A stretch of DNA of 64,000 bases, from contig JAHDYR010000031.1 in NCBI GenBank assembly GCA_019828565.1, positions 62,001 through 126,000 on the forward strand, read 5' to 3'. Positions 50,170 to 59,137 of this stretch are shown piece after piece (position 1 is the first letter of the stretch; each line of letters starts with the position of its first letter). The DNA comes from Carpediemonas membranifera BICM. Taxonomy: Eukaryota; Protista; Fornicata. A program made the position numbers and the translations under genes. Under the pieces are notes generated by a model. It made no database searches. It saw nothing but the letters and a program-made list of their open reading frames with translations, and was not told the origin of the DNA.

Positions 50170-51309
50170 ATGGAGACATCGCACGACAAGTCTACGATGG
50201 CAGAAACAGAGCTCAAGCCAATCCAGATCGCCGACTCCATGCCTAATATGCCCCGAATCCACTCAATCGTCTCCACAGATGAGATGGCGAGCCTGAACAC
50301 GCAGCCCATCTTCAGAACTAGTCCGTATCTCGCCCTGAGCATCGTTGACGGCGAGGAGACGTTCCTTCCATGCTACATGCCCCTTGCGGACCACATCAAG
50401 AGCCTCGGCGTGGATGGATCGTACACTGTGTTGTCCACCCACCAGCGCAGGGCTGTTTTCCAGCTCGGGATGCACGGCCAGCGCCTGAGCCACACGTTCC
50501 AGGTCATGATGGACGGCAGACCGGCCGAGACAGACGCCCAGCTGACGTTCATGTCCCAGGAGACGGCGTGTGCGTGGCTGGAGTCCGTCCTGCCCCGTGT
50601 AATCAACGCGTACGAGAGCAGCGCCAACCCCCCAGTCGAGTCTGACGAGCGGACACCCTGCCAGTACCGCATCGCCATCCACATAGCCGTCCCGACCGCA
50701 GCAGTGAGCATCCACATCGGCCCGATGCACATTGCCTGCGAGGAGTGCAGCTCCGTCGAGATCGACGTGCGGCCGGGCCAGCGGGAGTACAGCGACGCTA
50801 AGAACTCGCGGTGGCTGCTCGACCGGACACGCTACACCCCAGCCCACACCGGGATCAACGAGACCGTGCTCTTCGATGAGGCGACGGGCGTCATCACAGA
50901 AGGCCTCTCGTCCAACTTCTTCGTCATCAAGGACAGGAAAGTGCTCACGGCGGTTGGCGGGGTCGTCGAGGGCACAGTCCGGGCTATCCTGCTCGAAACG
51001 GCCCAAGAGCTGGGGTACGAGATCGTCCCCGAGGTCAACGTCGCGGACCTTACCCCGGACGCCGCGGTCGTCATCACCAGCACCTCTCGGTACGTCCTTC
51101 CTGTCTCCGCGGCCCACATACTGGGCACCAATGCCAGTGTGGTGCACTTTAACGTCCAAGCATGCCGGGAGCTGCAGGGAGCTACGATCTCAGCCATGGG
51201 CCGCAGCTGCACTGTGCTGCAGGGCCTCTCCATCAAGGGCGGCAAGGAGCATGTCTGGTCGTCCTCCCCCATCCTCAACATCCTCGAGAAGGCGGGCGAT
51301 TCGGTGTGA
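50170..51309 (+). CDS. PLP-dependent class IV aminotransferase-like protein
   Basis: 'REYSDAKNSRW' (catalytic K), 'ITEGLSSNFFVI', 'VEGTVR' and 'ITSTSRYVLPV'. Confidence 0.85.
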   Translation: METSHDKSTMAETELKPIQIADSMPNMPRIHSIVSTDEMASLNTQPIFRTSPYLALSIVDGEETFLPCYMPLADHIKSLGVDGSYTVLSTHQRRAVFQLGMHGQRLSHTFQVMMDGRPAETDAQLTFMSQETACAWLESVLPRVINAYESSANPPVESDERTPCQYRIAIHIAVPTAAVSIHIGPMHIACEECSSVEIDVRPGQREYSDAKNSRWLLDRTRYTPAHTGINETVLFDEATGVITEGLSSNFFVIKDRKVLTAVGGVVEGTVRAILLETAQELGYEIVPEVNVADLTPDAAVVITSTSRYVLPVSAAHILGTNASVVHFNVQACRELQGATISAMGRSCTVLQGLSIKGGKEHVWSSSPILNILEKAGDSV

Positions 51310-51692
51310 ATGGGGGTGAAAGGATGCACTGCACTGATCACTCCATGTTACTAAATAACAGTGAGCCGAGCAATGGTATTCTGACACCTACTATGGCAGT
51401 GGATGGGGGGTATACAGCGTGTTGACCGCGCCAGCAGGGGATGCGTGCGGTGGCAAGGGCCGTATACGTGTGGATTTGATCGAATCCACAGTATTTGCGA
51501 GCGGGCGCACCATGCCCAAGCTGGCCCTCTAATCACCCAACCCAGCCACTGCCTGTGCAGTGAGGCTGTGTAGCATCTGTCCGTGCCCGTGCCGCTACTC
51601 CCCCCTTGACCCCGCCGTCACGTCACCATGTGGCTCCCGCTCGCCCCCCGTGCGCATCAGTATTTACAGTAAACTCCCCCAGTATTCGTGCC

Positions 51693-51785
51693 TGTTGCGC
51701 AGCATAAACACATTGTTCGAACCTCCAGACAGGGCCGAAAGGAACGATCAAAGTGCCAAACTGTACAACATCATCCGTCCGTAGA
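51693..51785 (-). ncRNA. Candidate Fanzor omegaRNA scaffold / element right end (copy 1)
   Basis: Immediately downstream of the Fanzor stop. Minus-strand pairing UGUUGUACAG/CUGCGCAACA and hairpin GAACA-AUG-UGUUU; conserved in copy 2. Confidence 0.5.
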
Positions 51786-51798
51786 CGAATGTTGGCGG

Positions 51799-52797
51799 TT
51801 AGCCAATTGATGATACTGGAATGATGTTTGAAGACGTGGGATCAATGCGACTGAACGGAGAGCCACTGAGCTCATCTTCCGTGGCAAGAGAACGCCACAG
51901 GATGTTCTCTGCAGCACTCTTGTCCCGATGATCAACATTCAGAGCATCAGGAACTGTTGCGCGCCACTGAGCACCACGGCACTGTGGATTTTCGCAGAGC
52001 ATCACACGATGTGGGTGAACGTGCTGGTCATCACGCGGACGAACTCGCTTGTAGGGGGCGTGGCAGTGAGGGCAGACGACGGTGGTGCGGTCCTCGTTAA
52101 CCATGTTAAGATCGACGACAATGTTATCCAACCTCTTGAGAAGGGGTACTATCTCTCTCGCGAACTTTCGATATGGCGCGCAAGGAATGAACATACCAGT
52201 AGGCGTGGTGAATCCCGAGCTCCCGTAGATGACTTTCAGGCGAATGGGGGTGGCGATGGGATGGTGGCGACCGAACTCCCGAGCCAACTGTTGGCCGCAG
52301 CAGGCGAAGTGCTTCTGGCGAAGGATGTGGTTCGCAAAGCGCACTCGGCGGAAAGACTTACGCATTCCAGCCTCGAAAATGTCGTTCGCGTTGTCCAGCA
52401 CAAACCTAATAGAGTTGTTGATACTCAGGTAAGGTAGTCTCCCGCCACATCGGCAGAGTGTCGAGCGACTGCACGATGGCCGCGTAGGCCTGACCCGGAT
52501 GACCGCCGCGTACATGAGTGAGCAGTCCTTTGTGGAAGTCGGCGTCATGTAGGGGAGTTGCCGGCGCTGCGCATAGCATTCAACCGTGAGCCGGGCCAGC
52601 AGGCATGAGTAGAGATATTTTGCTGCGGCGTAATCCCCCACTCTCCGTTCTTCGGTGTAGTCCTGTCTGAAAGCTTGCTTGATGGAGGCTTTGATCGTAT
52701 ATATCTCCATCTTGTTGCGCACTACTGGTGTGCAGCTGATCATTGATGAAGATGACATATAAGAGCCGACGATGAACACCATTACCAGCCTATACAA
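51799..52797 (-). CDS. Fanzor1/TnpB-like RuvC nuclease, N-terminally truncated and probably inactive
   Basis: 'FRRVRFANHILRQK', 'VIYG', RuvC-II 'VNEDRTT', zinc ribbon 'CPHC...CENPQC', RuvC-III 'HRDKSAAENI' and terminal 'PFSR'. No RuvC-I DPG motif in this ORF. Confidence 0.8.
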   Translation of the reverse strand: MYRLVMVFIVGSYMSSSSMISCTPVVRNKMEIYTIKASIKQAFRQDYTEERRVGDYAAAKYLYSCLLARLTVECYAQRRQLPYMTPTSTKDCSLMYAAVIRVRPTRPSCSRSTLCRCGGRLPYLSINNSIRFVLDNANDIFEAGMRKSFRRVRFANHILRQKHFACCGQQLAREFGRHHPIATPIRLKVIYGSSGFTTPTGMFIPCAPYRKFAREIVPLLKRLDNIVVDLNMVNEDRTTVVCPHCHAPYKRVRPRDDQHVHPHRVMLCENPQCRGAQWRATVPDALNVDHRDKSAAENILWRSLATEDELSGSPFSRIDPTSSNIIPVSSIG

Positions 52798-52962
52798 GTG
52801 TAGAAGTGAATTTAATGTGGAATAGAAGACAATGAGACGACGTGTGAGCGATTGTGATGTTTGCAGCTGTGCTGACGTCCACGAAGAAGACGCTTTGTGG
52901 AAGCCCTGGAGAAGACGATCTCCCTACCGACTTAAGACGTGAGTAGGAGGGAGACAGGGCAG

Positions 52963-53050
52963 TGTTGCGCAGTATAAACACATTGTTTGACCCTTAGCCA
53001 TAGCACAGTGCCGATCCGGCTAAACTGCACCGTATCTTCACTCCAGGCAC
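52963..53050 (-). repeat. Diverged second copy of the candidate omegaRNA scaffold (copy 2)
   Basis: tgttgcgcagtataaacacattgtttga (52963-52990) versus tgttgcgcagcataaacacattgttcga (51693-51720): 26/28 identical. Further shared blocks acag(g/t)gccga and aaactg(t/c)ac. Confidence 0.8.
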
Positions 53051-53066
53051 GCCGTCGGACACAGCG

Positions 53067-56000
53067 ATGGACGCCGCCTACTTTACAGCAATTCTAGACC
53101 ATTTGGGCTTCTTATCACCCCATTCGCCCTATATCGTGGAGATGCAGGAGCGCATCGGCCACTGCCGCATCTTCGAGTTCCTAGAGCGCTTCTTCAGCAA
53201 CACACAACCACACAATAGCGCACAGTTCGTGATAGACTACATTATGATCACAATCTCCTCTCTGTTCGAGGACATAGACCGGTTCCTCGCCTTCGTGGAC
53301 CAGACAGGGCCCCGGTTCTTCCAACAACCCATGGCCAAGGCCGTGTGCGCCTCCATATGCGCCAACATACCATATGTCGAGTCCTGCGTCGACCTTGCTC
53401 TCTCTGACGTCGCCAACATCACCGTCGAGGCGCTGCGACAGTACTACCCCACCAACGACGGCGGGCTGCTCCGGCTCCGGTCGATGGAGGTCTGCAACAC
53501 GCTGAGGCCCCTTGTGGACGAGGCTACCGTCGAGTCGCTGTGCGGCGTGGTGGAGAACTCCCGCATGCTGGTGCTCTACGGGCCCGAGAAGAACTTCCTC
53601 GCGCACACCGTCGCTTCAGCCATGGCGGCCCGGAAAGAGTACGACGTGGTCATGTACCTGCCCCTCAAGTCCGTACCCACTCTGGCGCCCAGCCACAACG
53701 CCTGCGAGGGCCTCCAGCAGCTCGCCCTCCAGGTCATGCTCGACCGGACCGAGGCCGCCGGGACGGGCACCACGACGACACGGCGGGGCTACGGAGAGGG
53801 CGAGTGCCACGTCGACTTCTTCCAGACGGGCATCAGCGACTGCCCCCCGCAGTTCACCCCGCTGCGGGTGTACAGCGAGACGAGGGTCCACTTCCTTACC
53901 GCCATCGCCGCACAGAAGAGGGTGCTGCTCGTGCTGGGCAACATGGACGCCGCCGACGCCCTCTCGTTTCTCCCCACGGACACGCTGGTGAAGGGGGCCC
54001 ACGACGTCGACGTCATCATCACTACGGAGACCCCAGAGTCCTTCCACTCCCTCGACCAGGAGGACGGCGACGACACAGACCTCGCCTCCATCGTCAACAG
54101 CGCCGCGGTGTGCGTCCCGAGTCTTGTCGACGACCCGCCGTCCATCGCCCCGCTGGACACCCTCCCCGCCACCGAACGGGACATGCTGCTGGCCCTGGCC
54201 GCCGTCTCGGCAATGCACTGGGTCTCCGTCCCCGAGCTGGGCTTTATCATGTCCGACCTGCACTCCTTTGGCCCAGGCGAGCTCGGTACGGCATTAGAGA
54301 CGATGCTCATGCGGGACACGAACCTCGAGGTGCTCCCCGACGGCAATGTCTGCAACGACGTCCTCAAGGCCCACGTCAGCGGGGGCCGTGTGACCCGGGT
54401 CACGCTGACGACGACCGCCCGCCGACACGTGGCCGCCACGAACGACGAGGACATCGGTAAGACCGCCATGCTGTTCGCGAAGAGGGCCGACTCGCTGTAC
54501 GTCGCGCTGCTCGGCATCATGTCACACGCCACGATCTCGGTCATCCCACTCGTACCCCTAGTCGGCCCAGCCCGGAGAGCGTTCGACGGCGACCCGACCG
54601 GCACCGCCCGGCGGGCCCTCGCTGCCTTCATCGGGACGGTGGGCCACACGGCGCTGAGTGTCGCCGTCCGGGGCCACGACAGCCGCGGGATGCCGTGGAC
54701 GTCGTGCTCTCTGCTGATGCGGACACTGTGCTGGGGCCTGCAGACGGCCGTCTCCCCCATCCACGCGGCCACCTTCCTCACCAGGGCGGCCCTGGGCGTG
54801 CTGGACTTCCTCGACCGGCGGCCCCTCCACACCCTGCCTGACTACACGACGGCCGAGCTCGGGACCGTGCTCGACCGGGCCGTCGCCCTGACGCCGCTGC
54901 ACACCATGCCCGCAGAGCTCGCCTCCATCGAGCACGGCTGCCCAGTGACGACCCTCCACCGCCTCCTCGTCGAGCTCGGCTTCCGGATGCTGGCCATGTC
55001 CGAACAGGCCAAGGCCGAGCAGCTGTTCCTGGCAGTGCTAGGCCAGGAGACGACCGCAGCCCGGCTCAGAGGCCCCACCGGCGACACCATGACCCTCAAG
55101 AACGGCCGGCCGCGGGGTGCAGACCTGGCCGACCTGACCCCACCTACACTGACGTCACCTATGCTCGAGATCGTCACCAAGAAGCGCGACCCGCACCTGC
55201 TATCGTCCCCCATCGCCACCGAGGCCGTTCTGGGCGTGGCCATCATCTATGCTCGGGCGGAGGCCTGGTCCCCGGCCCTTGCCCTGCTGGCGACAGTCCA
55301 CACGGCCCTGCAGCCCCCCGCCTCGCCCGTCCGCCGGGCCCTGGCGGAGACGTACTATGCTGGTGCACTCGCGGTGTCGAACTCGCCCGTACTGTCCCAG
55401 CTACTCTTCATCATGCCGACCCGGCGCCGCCAGCTCACCATCCAGCGGGCACCGCACGTGTCTTTCTCCGAGAAGGCCGGGACGCTATCCTTTGCCGAGG
55501 AGCGGGCCGAGGCGGCCGTAATGATGGCCCAGGCTGTCGGGGACCTCGACCTGGTCGCGTCCTGCATTTCACTGATGGCCGCTATCCGGGTCCTCGCTGT
55601 GTTCGCTGGGGTCCACAGCCGCATGAAGCGATTCGAACCGTGGGAGCTCACCACCGACGCGCTGCTGGAACCCGTGCGGCAGGTTGAGCTCGACCTGGAC
55701 TTCCTCGTCAAGCCATACGGCGACGACGAGCCCGAGAACTCCCACGCCCGGGCCAAGGTGCTGCTGGGCGAGCTGTGCGGCCACATAGCAGACACCCTGG
55801 ATGCACTGAGGGCGACCCCGCTCGCGCCCCTCGCCATCGAGTACTACAGGCACCACAAGGGCAGGACGGCCGTGCGAGCCAGTCTGACGGCCCTGCAGGA
55901 CCGGTACGAGGCGACAGATTTCGGGGCGATGGCTCAGGACACCAGGAACGTCGCCGCGTCCATGCTAAGCCGGGCGGCGCTCGCGGCGCTGCACCACTGC

Positions 56001-58085
56001 CCTGGGTCGATGCTGCACTCCCACAGTGTGTCGTCCCTCGCCCGGGTGTTCACGGTGCTCAGGGCGAAGGATGTGTCGTCGTCGGTGGCCGCGATCAACG
56101 GAGAAACGGCCGCCCTCTTCACCGCCCTCATAGCGTGCAGCGGGCCCAAGCACGCCGAGCGACTGACTGCGTACCGGCCCTACCACCACGAGGACGCGCA
56201 TAGTAGAGACCTCCTCCGGGCGCCCATCGAGACGTTCATGTTCCCGGGGTCGAGCGCCGCCTTCTACCGCCAGATGATGGGGGCCGACGGCGACGCCCTC
56301 TATAACGCCACCGTGCTCGATCTCATCGCCCAGAGCCTCGTCGGCAACGAGTGCACGCCGTCCGTGGCCGAGGTAACCGACCATGCAGCCGAGAACTTCT
56401 ACTACCGCTGCATGGCGGCGGCACATTGGCTCGTGTCGGCGACCGGGGGCGACGCCGACCCAGCATCGGCCAGTCCGCGGGTGTTCTCGTCCGTGGCGGC
56501 GCTGCTGTCCAATCCAGACGTGCTCCAGGCGATCAAGGAGCGCTGTCTCGACGCCATAGCCCCTGAGTCGACGCTGGGCCGCATGCAGACCGCGGAGATG
56601 ACGTGGGAGGATGTCAACGACGCCATGGACGGCAAGCTCACCGCCCGGAAGCGGACCAGCATCACAGAAGGCCGCCGCGTCGTCGGCTCCGCTGTCTCGG
56701 ACGTGTTCTCGACGGTGCACGTGGTCGACAGTCACCTCCAGCACATGTGCGACGTCCTCGACATCGACCCCGCCACCATCTGCCCCGCGGCCGGCATCGT
56801 CGAGAACTCCAGGCCTGGGCGGGTTGTGCTGACGGTCGAGACCCTCGCTGCGGCCATCAGCGGTTTCCTCCAGAAGAACAGCGTCACCGAGACGGTCATC
56901 GGGTCGACCAAGGTGACCGTCACCCAGGACCACTTCGCGCACGGGGAGACCGCCCCTGACATCCTCACCCCAGACGAGGCCCGGCAGGTGTGGCCCACCC
57001 CCACCCCCGCTATGGTGGCCGAGTGCAAGCGGATGATACGGCAGACGGACTCGCATGGCAAGCTCTTCCTCGGCGACCTTATGCGCAGCGCCCCGCTAGC
57101 GTTCTTCTGCGCGGGCATGCCCGGGCTTGACCGGTCGGACTTCACCCTGGCCGAGGTCGAGATGAGCAAGACGGTGGTCCAACTCGCACGGGCGTCCATC
57201 GACCATATCGTCAACGGCGTCCCCGCTATCGCTGCCCCCGCCGACGTCGACGACCTGGACGAGACGGCCCCCATCCCCGACGCGGCCCCCCGGTCTCTGT
57301 CGGACCCGCTCATGGTCGCTCCTGCCCTGCTGCATCTGTCCCGGCTGCTGGTGCACAATACGGCCCACAGCCCGAGACTCGCGGTGGCCAACTACAGCGG
57401 CGTTGTGATGACGGCGCTGCGGTTCTGGGCCTCGGTCGACGACTCGGATCGCATCCTGGCCCATGGTAGCACGTGTCTGACGTCTGAGCTGCAGCTGGTG
57501 ACCGATTGGACCGCCCTGGACCACCCCAAGGGCAAGACTCCCGCCCGGGGGAACGACAGCCGCCTCCTGATCCTCTACTACTGCGCAGTCCTCATCCACA
57601 ACCTCGACACCGTCGCCGCGAGCATCCTCGCCGAGCCGACCCGCATGGAGGGTCTCGCCGTCGACGTGCCCAGCGTCATGGACAGCCTGCGGCTCGACGC
57701 CGAGGAGGTCAGCCGCATGCTTGAGTTTTCGAAGCTCTCCCGGGCCGCGACGCAGGCTTCCTCTCTCGTGACGACGTGTGCCAATAAGACGCTGTTCCAG
57801 GCCCGAGCCCCGCGCAGTCCCCAGCTGGTGACTCTGGGCCTGATGGCGCATGCCACGACGCAGCTCATCACGACTGTCGGACTTATTGGTCAGCCGGAGG
57901 AGGACGAGGACGCCGTCGAGGAGGCCTTTGAGGACGCCATCGCCGCCCTGGAGAAGGCCCGCGCCCTCATGGTCGAGTGCGGCGACAAGGAGATGGACGC
58001 TATGATCGCGGGTGCCGTGAAGGAGGCCAAGACCCGCCTGGAGGCGTACACGGCCGAGCTGGAGGAGCTCCCGACGCTCTTCTGA
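53067..58085 (+). CDS. Large hypothetical protein with degenerate STAND/NB-ARC-like domain and helical (TPR-like) repeats
   Basis: 1672-aa ORF with host-like codon usage. 'MLVLYGPEKNFLA', 'RVLLVLGNMD' and 'VIITTE' occur in NB-ARC order. Confidence 0.6.
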   Translation: MDAAYFTAILDHLGFLSPHSPYIVEMQERIGHCRIFEFLERFFSNTQPHNSAQFVIDYIMITISSLFEDIDRFLAFVDQTGPRFFQQPMAKAVCASICANIPYVESCVDLALSDVANITVEALRQYYPTNDGGLLRLRSMEVCNTLRPLVDEATVESLCGVVENSRMLVLYGPEKNFLAHTVASAMAARKEYDVVMYLPLKSVPTLAPSHNACEGLQQLALQVMLDRTEAAGTGTTTTRRGYGEGECHVDFFQTGISDCPPQFTPLRVYSETRVHFLTAIAAQKRVLLVLGNMDAADALSFLPTDTLVKGAHDVDVIITTETPESFHSLDQEDGDDTDLASIVNSAAVCVPSLVDDPPSIAPLDTLPATERDMLLALAAVSAMHWVSVPELGFIMSDLHSFGPGELGTALETMLMRDTNLEVLPDGNVCNDVLKAHVSGGRVTRVTLTTTARRHVAATNDEDIGKTAMLFAKRADSLYVALLGIMSHATISVIPLVPLVGPARRAFDGDPTGTARRALAAFIGTVGHTALSVAVRGHDSRGMPWTSCSLLMRTLCWGLQTAVSPIHAATFLTRAALGVLDFLDRRPLHTLPDYTTAELGTVLDRAVALTPLHTMPAELASIEHGCPVTTLHRLLVELGFRMLAMSEQAKAEQLFLAVLGQETTAARLRGPTGDTMTLKNGRPRGADLADLTPPTLTSPMLEIVTKKRDPHLLSSPIATEAVLGVAIIYARAEAWSPALALLATVHTALQPPASPVRRALAETYYAGALAVSNSPVLSQLLFIMPTRRRQLTIQRAPHVSFSEKAGTLSFAEERAEAAVMMAQAVGDLDLVASCISLMAAIRVLAVFAGVHSRMKRFEPWELTTDALLEPVRQVELDLDFLVKPYGDDEPENSHARAKVLLGELCGHIADTLDALRATPLAPLAIEYYRHHKGRTAVRASLTALQDRYEATDFGAMAQDTRNVAASMLSRAALAALHHCPGSMLHSHSVSSLARVFTVLRAKDVSSSVAAINGETAALFTALIACSGPKHAERLTAYRPYHHEDAHSRDLLRAPIETFMFPGSSAAFYRQMMGADGDALYNATVLDLIAQSLVGNECTPSVAEVTDHAAENFYYRCMAAAHWLVSATGGDADPASASPRVFSSVAALLSNPDVLQAIKERCLDAIAPESTLGRMQTAEMTWEDVNDAMDGKLTARKRTSITEGRRVVGSAVSDVFSTVHVVDSHLQHMCDVLDIDPATICPAAGIVENSRPGRVVLTVETLAAAISGFLQKNSVTETVIGSTKVTVTQDHFAHGETAPDILTPDEARQVWPTPTPAMVAECKRMIRQTDSHGKLFLGDLMRSAPLAFFCAGMPGLDRSDFTLAEVEMSKTVVQLARASIDHIVNGVPAIAAPADVDDLDETAPIPDAAPRSLSDPLMVAPALLHLSRLLVHNTAHSPRLAVANYSGVVMTALRFWASVDDSDRILAHGSTCLTSELQLVTDWTALDHPKGKTPARGNDSRLLILYYCAVLIHNLDTVAASILAEPTRMEGLAVDVPSVMDSLRLDAEEVSRMLEFSKLSRAATQASSLVTTCANKTLFQARAPRSPQLVTLGLMAHATTQLITTVGLIGQPEEDEDAVEEAFEDAIAALEKARALMVECGDKEMDAMIAGAVKEAKTRLEAYTAELEELPTLF

Positions 58086-58117
58086 TAGGTAGATTGATAA
58101 ATATTTGAATTACTCAT

Positions 58118-59026
58118 TTAGATGTCGAGTCCGGATGGCCGGAATGTTTTGATCGGGATCCTTTCAGTCAGCATGTGCCCGCTCTCGAGCAGCACCGCAA
58201 TCACCACCTCAAAGCCGACCTTGAAGCGGTTGGTCTTCATCGTTGGAGCACAGAACTTGCGGGGGAAGTCCATGTACAGCGGTATCGGCACGCCGCGGCA
58301 GACGTCGCCGATGGCCGCCTGCAGGTTCTGGATCTCACTTCGCTCGGACTTGGGTACGCCGTCGACGGACTCGTCCCGCACCAGCTGCAGCTCGATGCTC
58401 TGGATAGGGTCCTCGGACTCGTGCACGATGATGTGGCCCGTCAGCGGTCTGTTCAGCGGGCACACGATGGAGTCAAGCCGGCCGCTGATGCTGAAGTCGC
58501 CGATGGTGGCTGAGGCCGGCAGCGAGTCCCGCTTGACCTCGAAGGAGAGGGGCTTGGGCTCTAGATCCGTCCGCTTTGTCGGAACCTCTATGATGAAGCT
58601 GGTCTTCTGCACGAAGGGCTCGCTGCCGAGCAGGTGAAGCCTCGCCTCGACAAAATAAGACACTGACACCCATACGCCGCGGTAGGTCTCGTACAGCTCG
58701 TTGCCCTCCAGAGCCTTGGTGGGGATCTCGAACTTGATTGTGTTCTTTCCGGGCTTAAGCTCGCCCTCGGTGATGAGAACGCCCTCGTAAGAAAGGATAT
58801 CAACAGTCTTATAGCTGGGACTGACTTCTACGAGATCCTCGTCTGGACTATCCATGTTTCTAATGGCGATGCGGCCTGTAGCAATGAGATGGAGGCCCTT
58901 ATGCATCAGGCTCCCGCTGGAGATGTTGATTGTCACGCAGCCCGTCACCACGTCTCCTACACGATAGATGGCGTCCGGCCTATCAAGAGTTATGTCGAAA
59001 GATGATTTCCCTTGCCGCTGAGCCAT
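58118..59026 (-). CDS. VPS26C: VPS26C/DSCR3 (Retriever subunit)
   Basis: 'LYETYRGVWVSVSY', 'PLTGHI', 'SIELQLVRDE' and 'SEIQNLQ...GDVCRG..IPLYM.FPR.FCAPT'. Confidence 0.88.
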   Translation of the reverse strand: MAQRQGKSSFDITLDRPDAIYRVGDVVTGCVTINISSGSLMHKGLHLIATGRIAIRNMDSPDEDLVEVSPSYKTVDILSYEGVLITEGELKPGKNTIKFEIPTKALEGNELYETYRGVWVSVSYFVEARLHLLGSEPFVQKTSFIIEVPTKRTDLEPKPLSFEVKRDSLPASATIGDFSISGRLDSIVCPLNRPLTGHIIVHESEDPIQSIELQLVRDESVDGVPKSERSEIQNLQAAIGDVCRGVPIPLYMDFPRKFCAPTMKTNRFKVGFEVVIAVLLESGHMLTERIPIKTFRPSGLDI

Positions 59027-59137
59027 GTTTTAATTTGCTGACTTCCGGACTCCTTAAAGTGCTGCTCGTTCTTCCAGCCTGCACACCATCGTGTCTGTGG
59101 TAGATGGGTCCTTTGAAGTGCTCATAACCGCATGATT

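Larger units (their letters stand above)
51693..53050 (-). mobile_element. Degenerate Fanzor-encoding element bounded by two diverged direct repeats
   Basis: Fanzor ORF plus related sequences at 51693-~51785 and 52963-~53050. The segment appears less GC-rich than neighbouring host CDSs. Confidence 0.6.

Noticed and set aside
51660-51692. Target of the candidate guides within this window
   Set aside because: No convincing match to either flank was found by eye. A 9-nt AGACAGGGC shared by 51727-51735 and 52952-52960 is too short to interpret.
51693-52990. CRISPR array or LTR interpretation of the direct repeats
   Set aside because: There are only two copies, 1.27 kb apart, with no regular spacers or cas genes. 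They are diverged, with no gag/pol and no evident target-site duplication.
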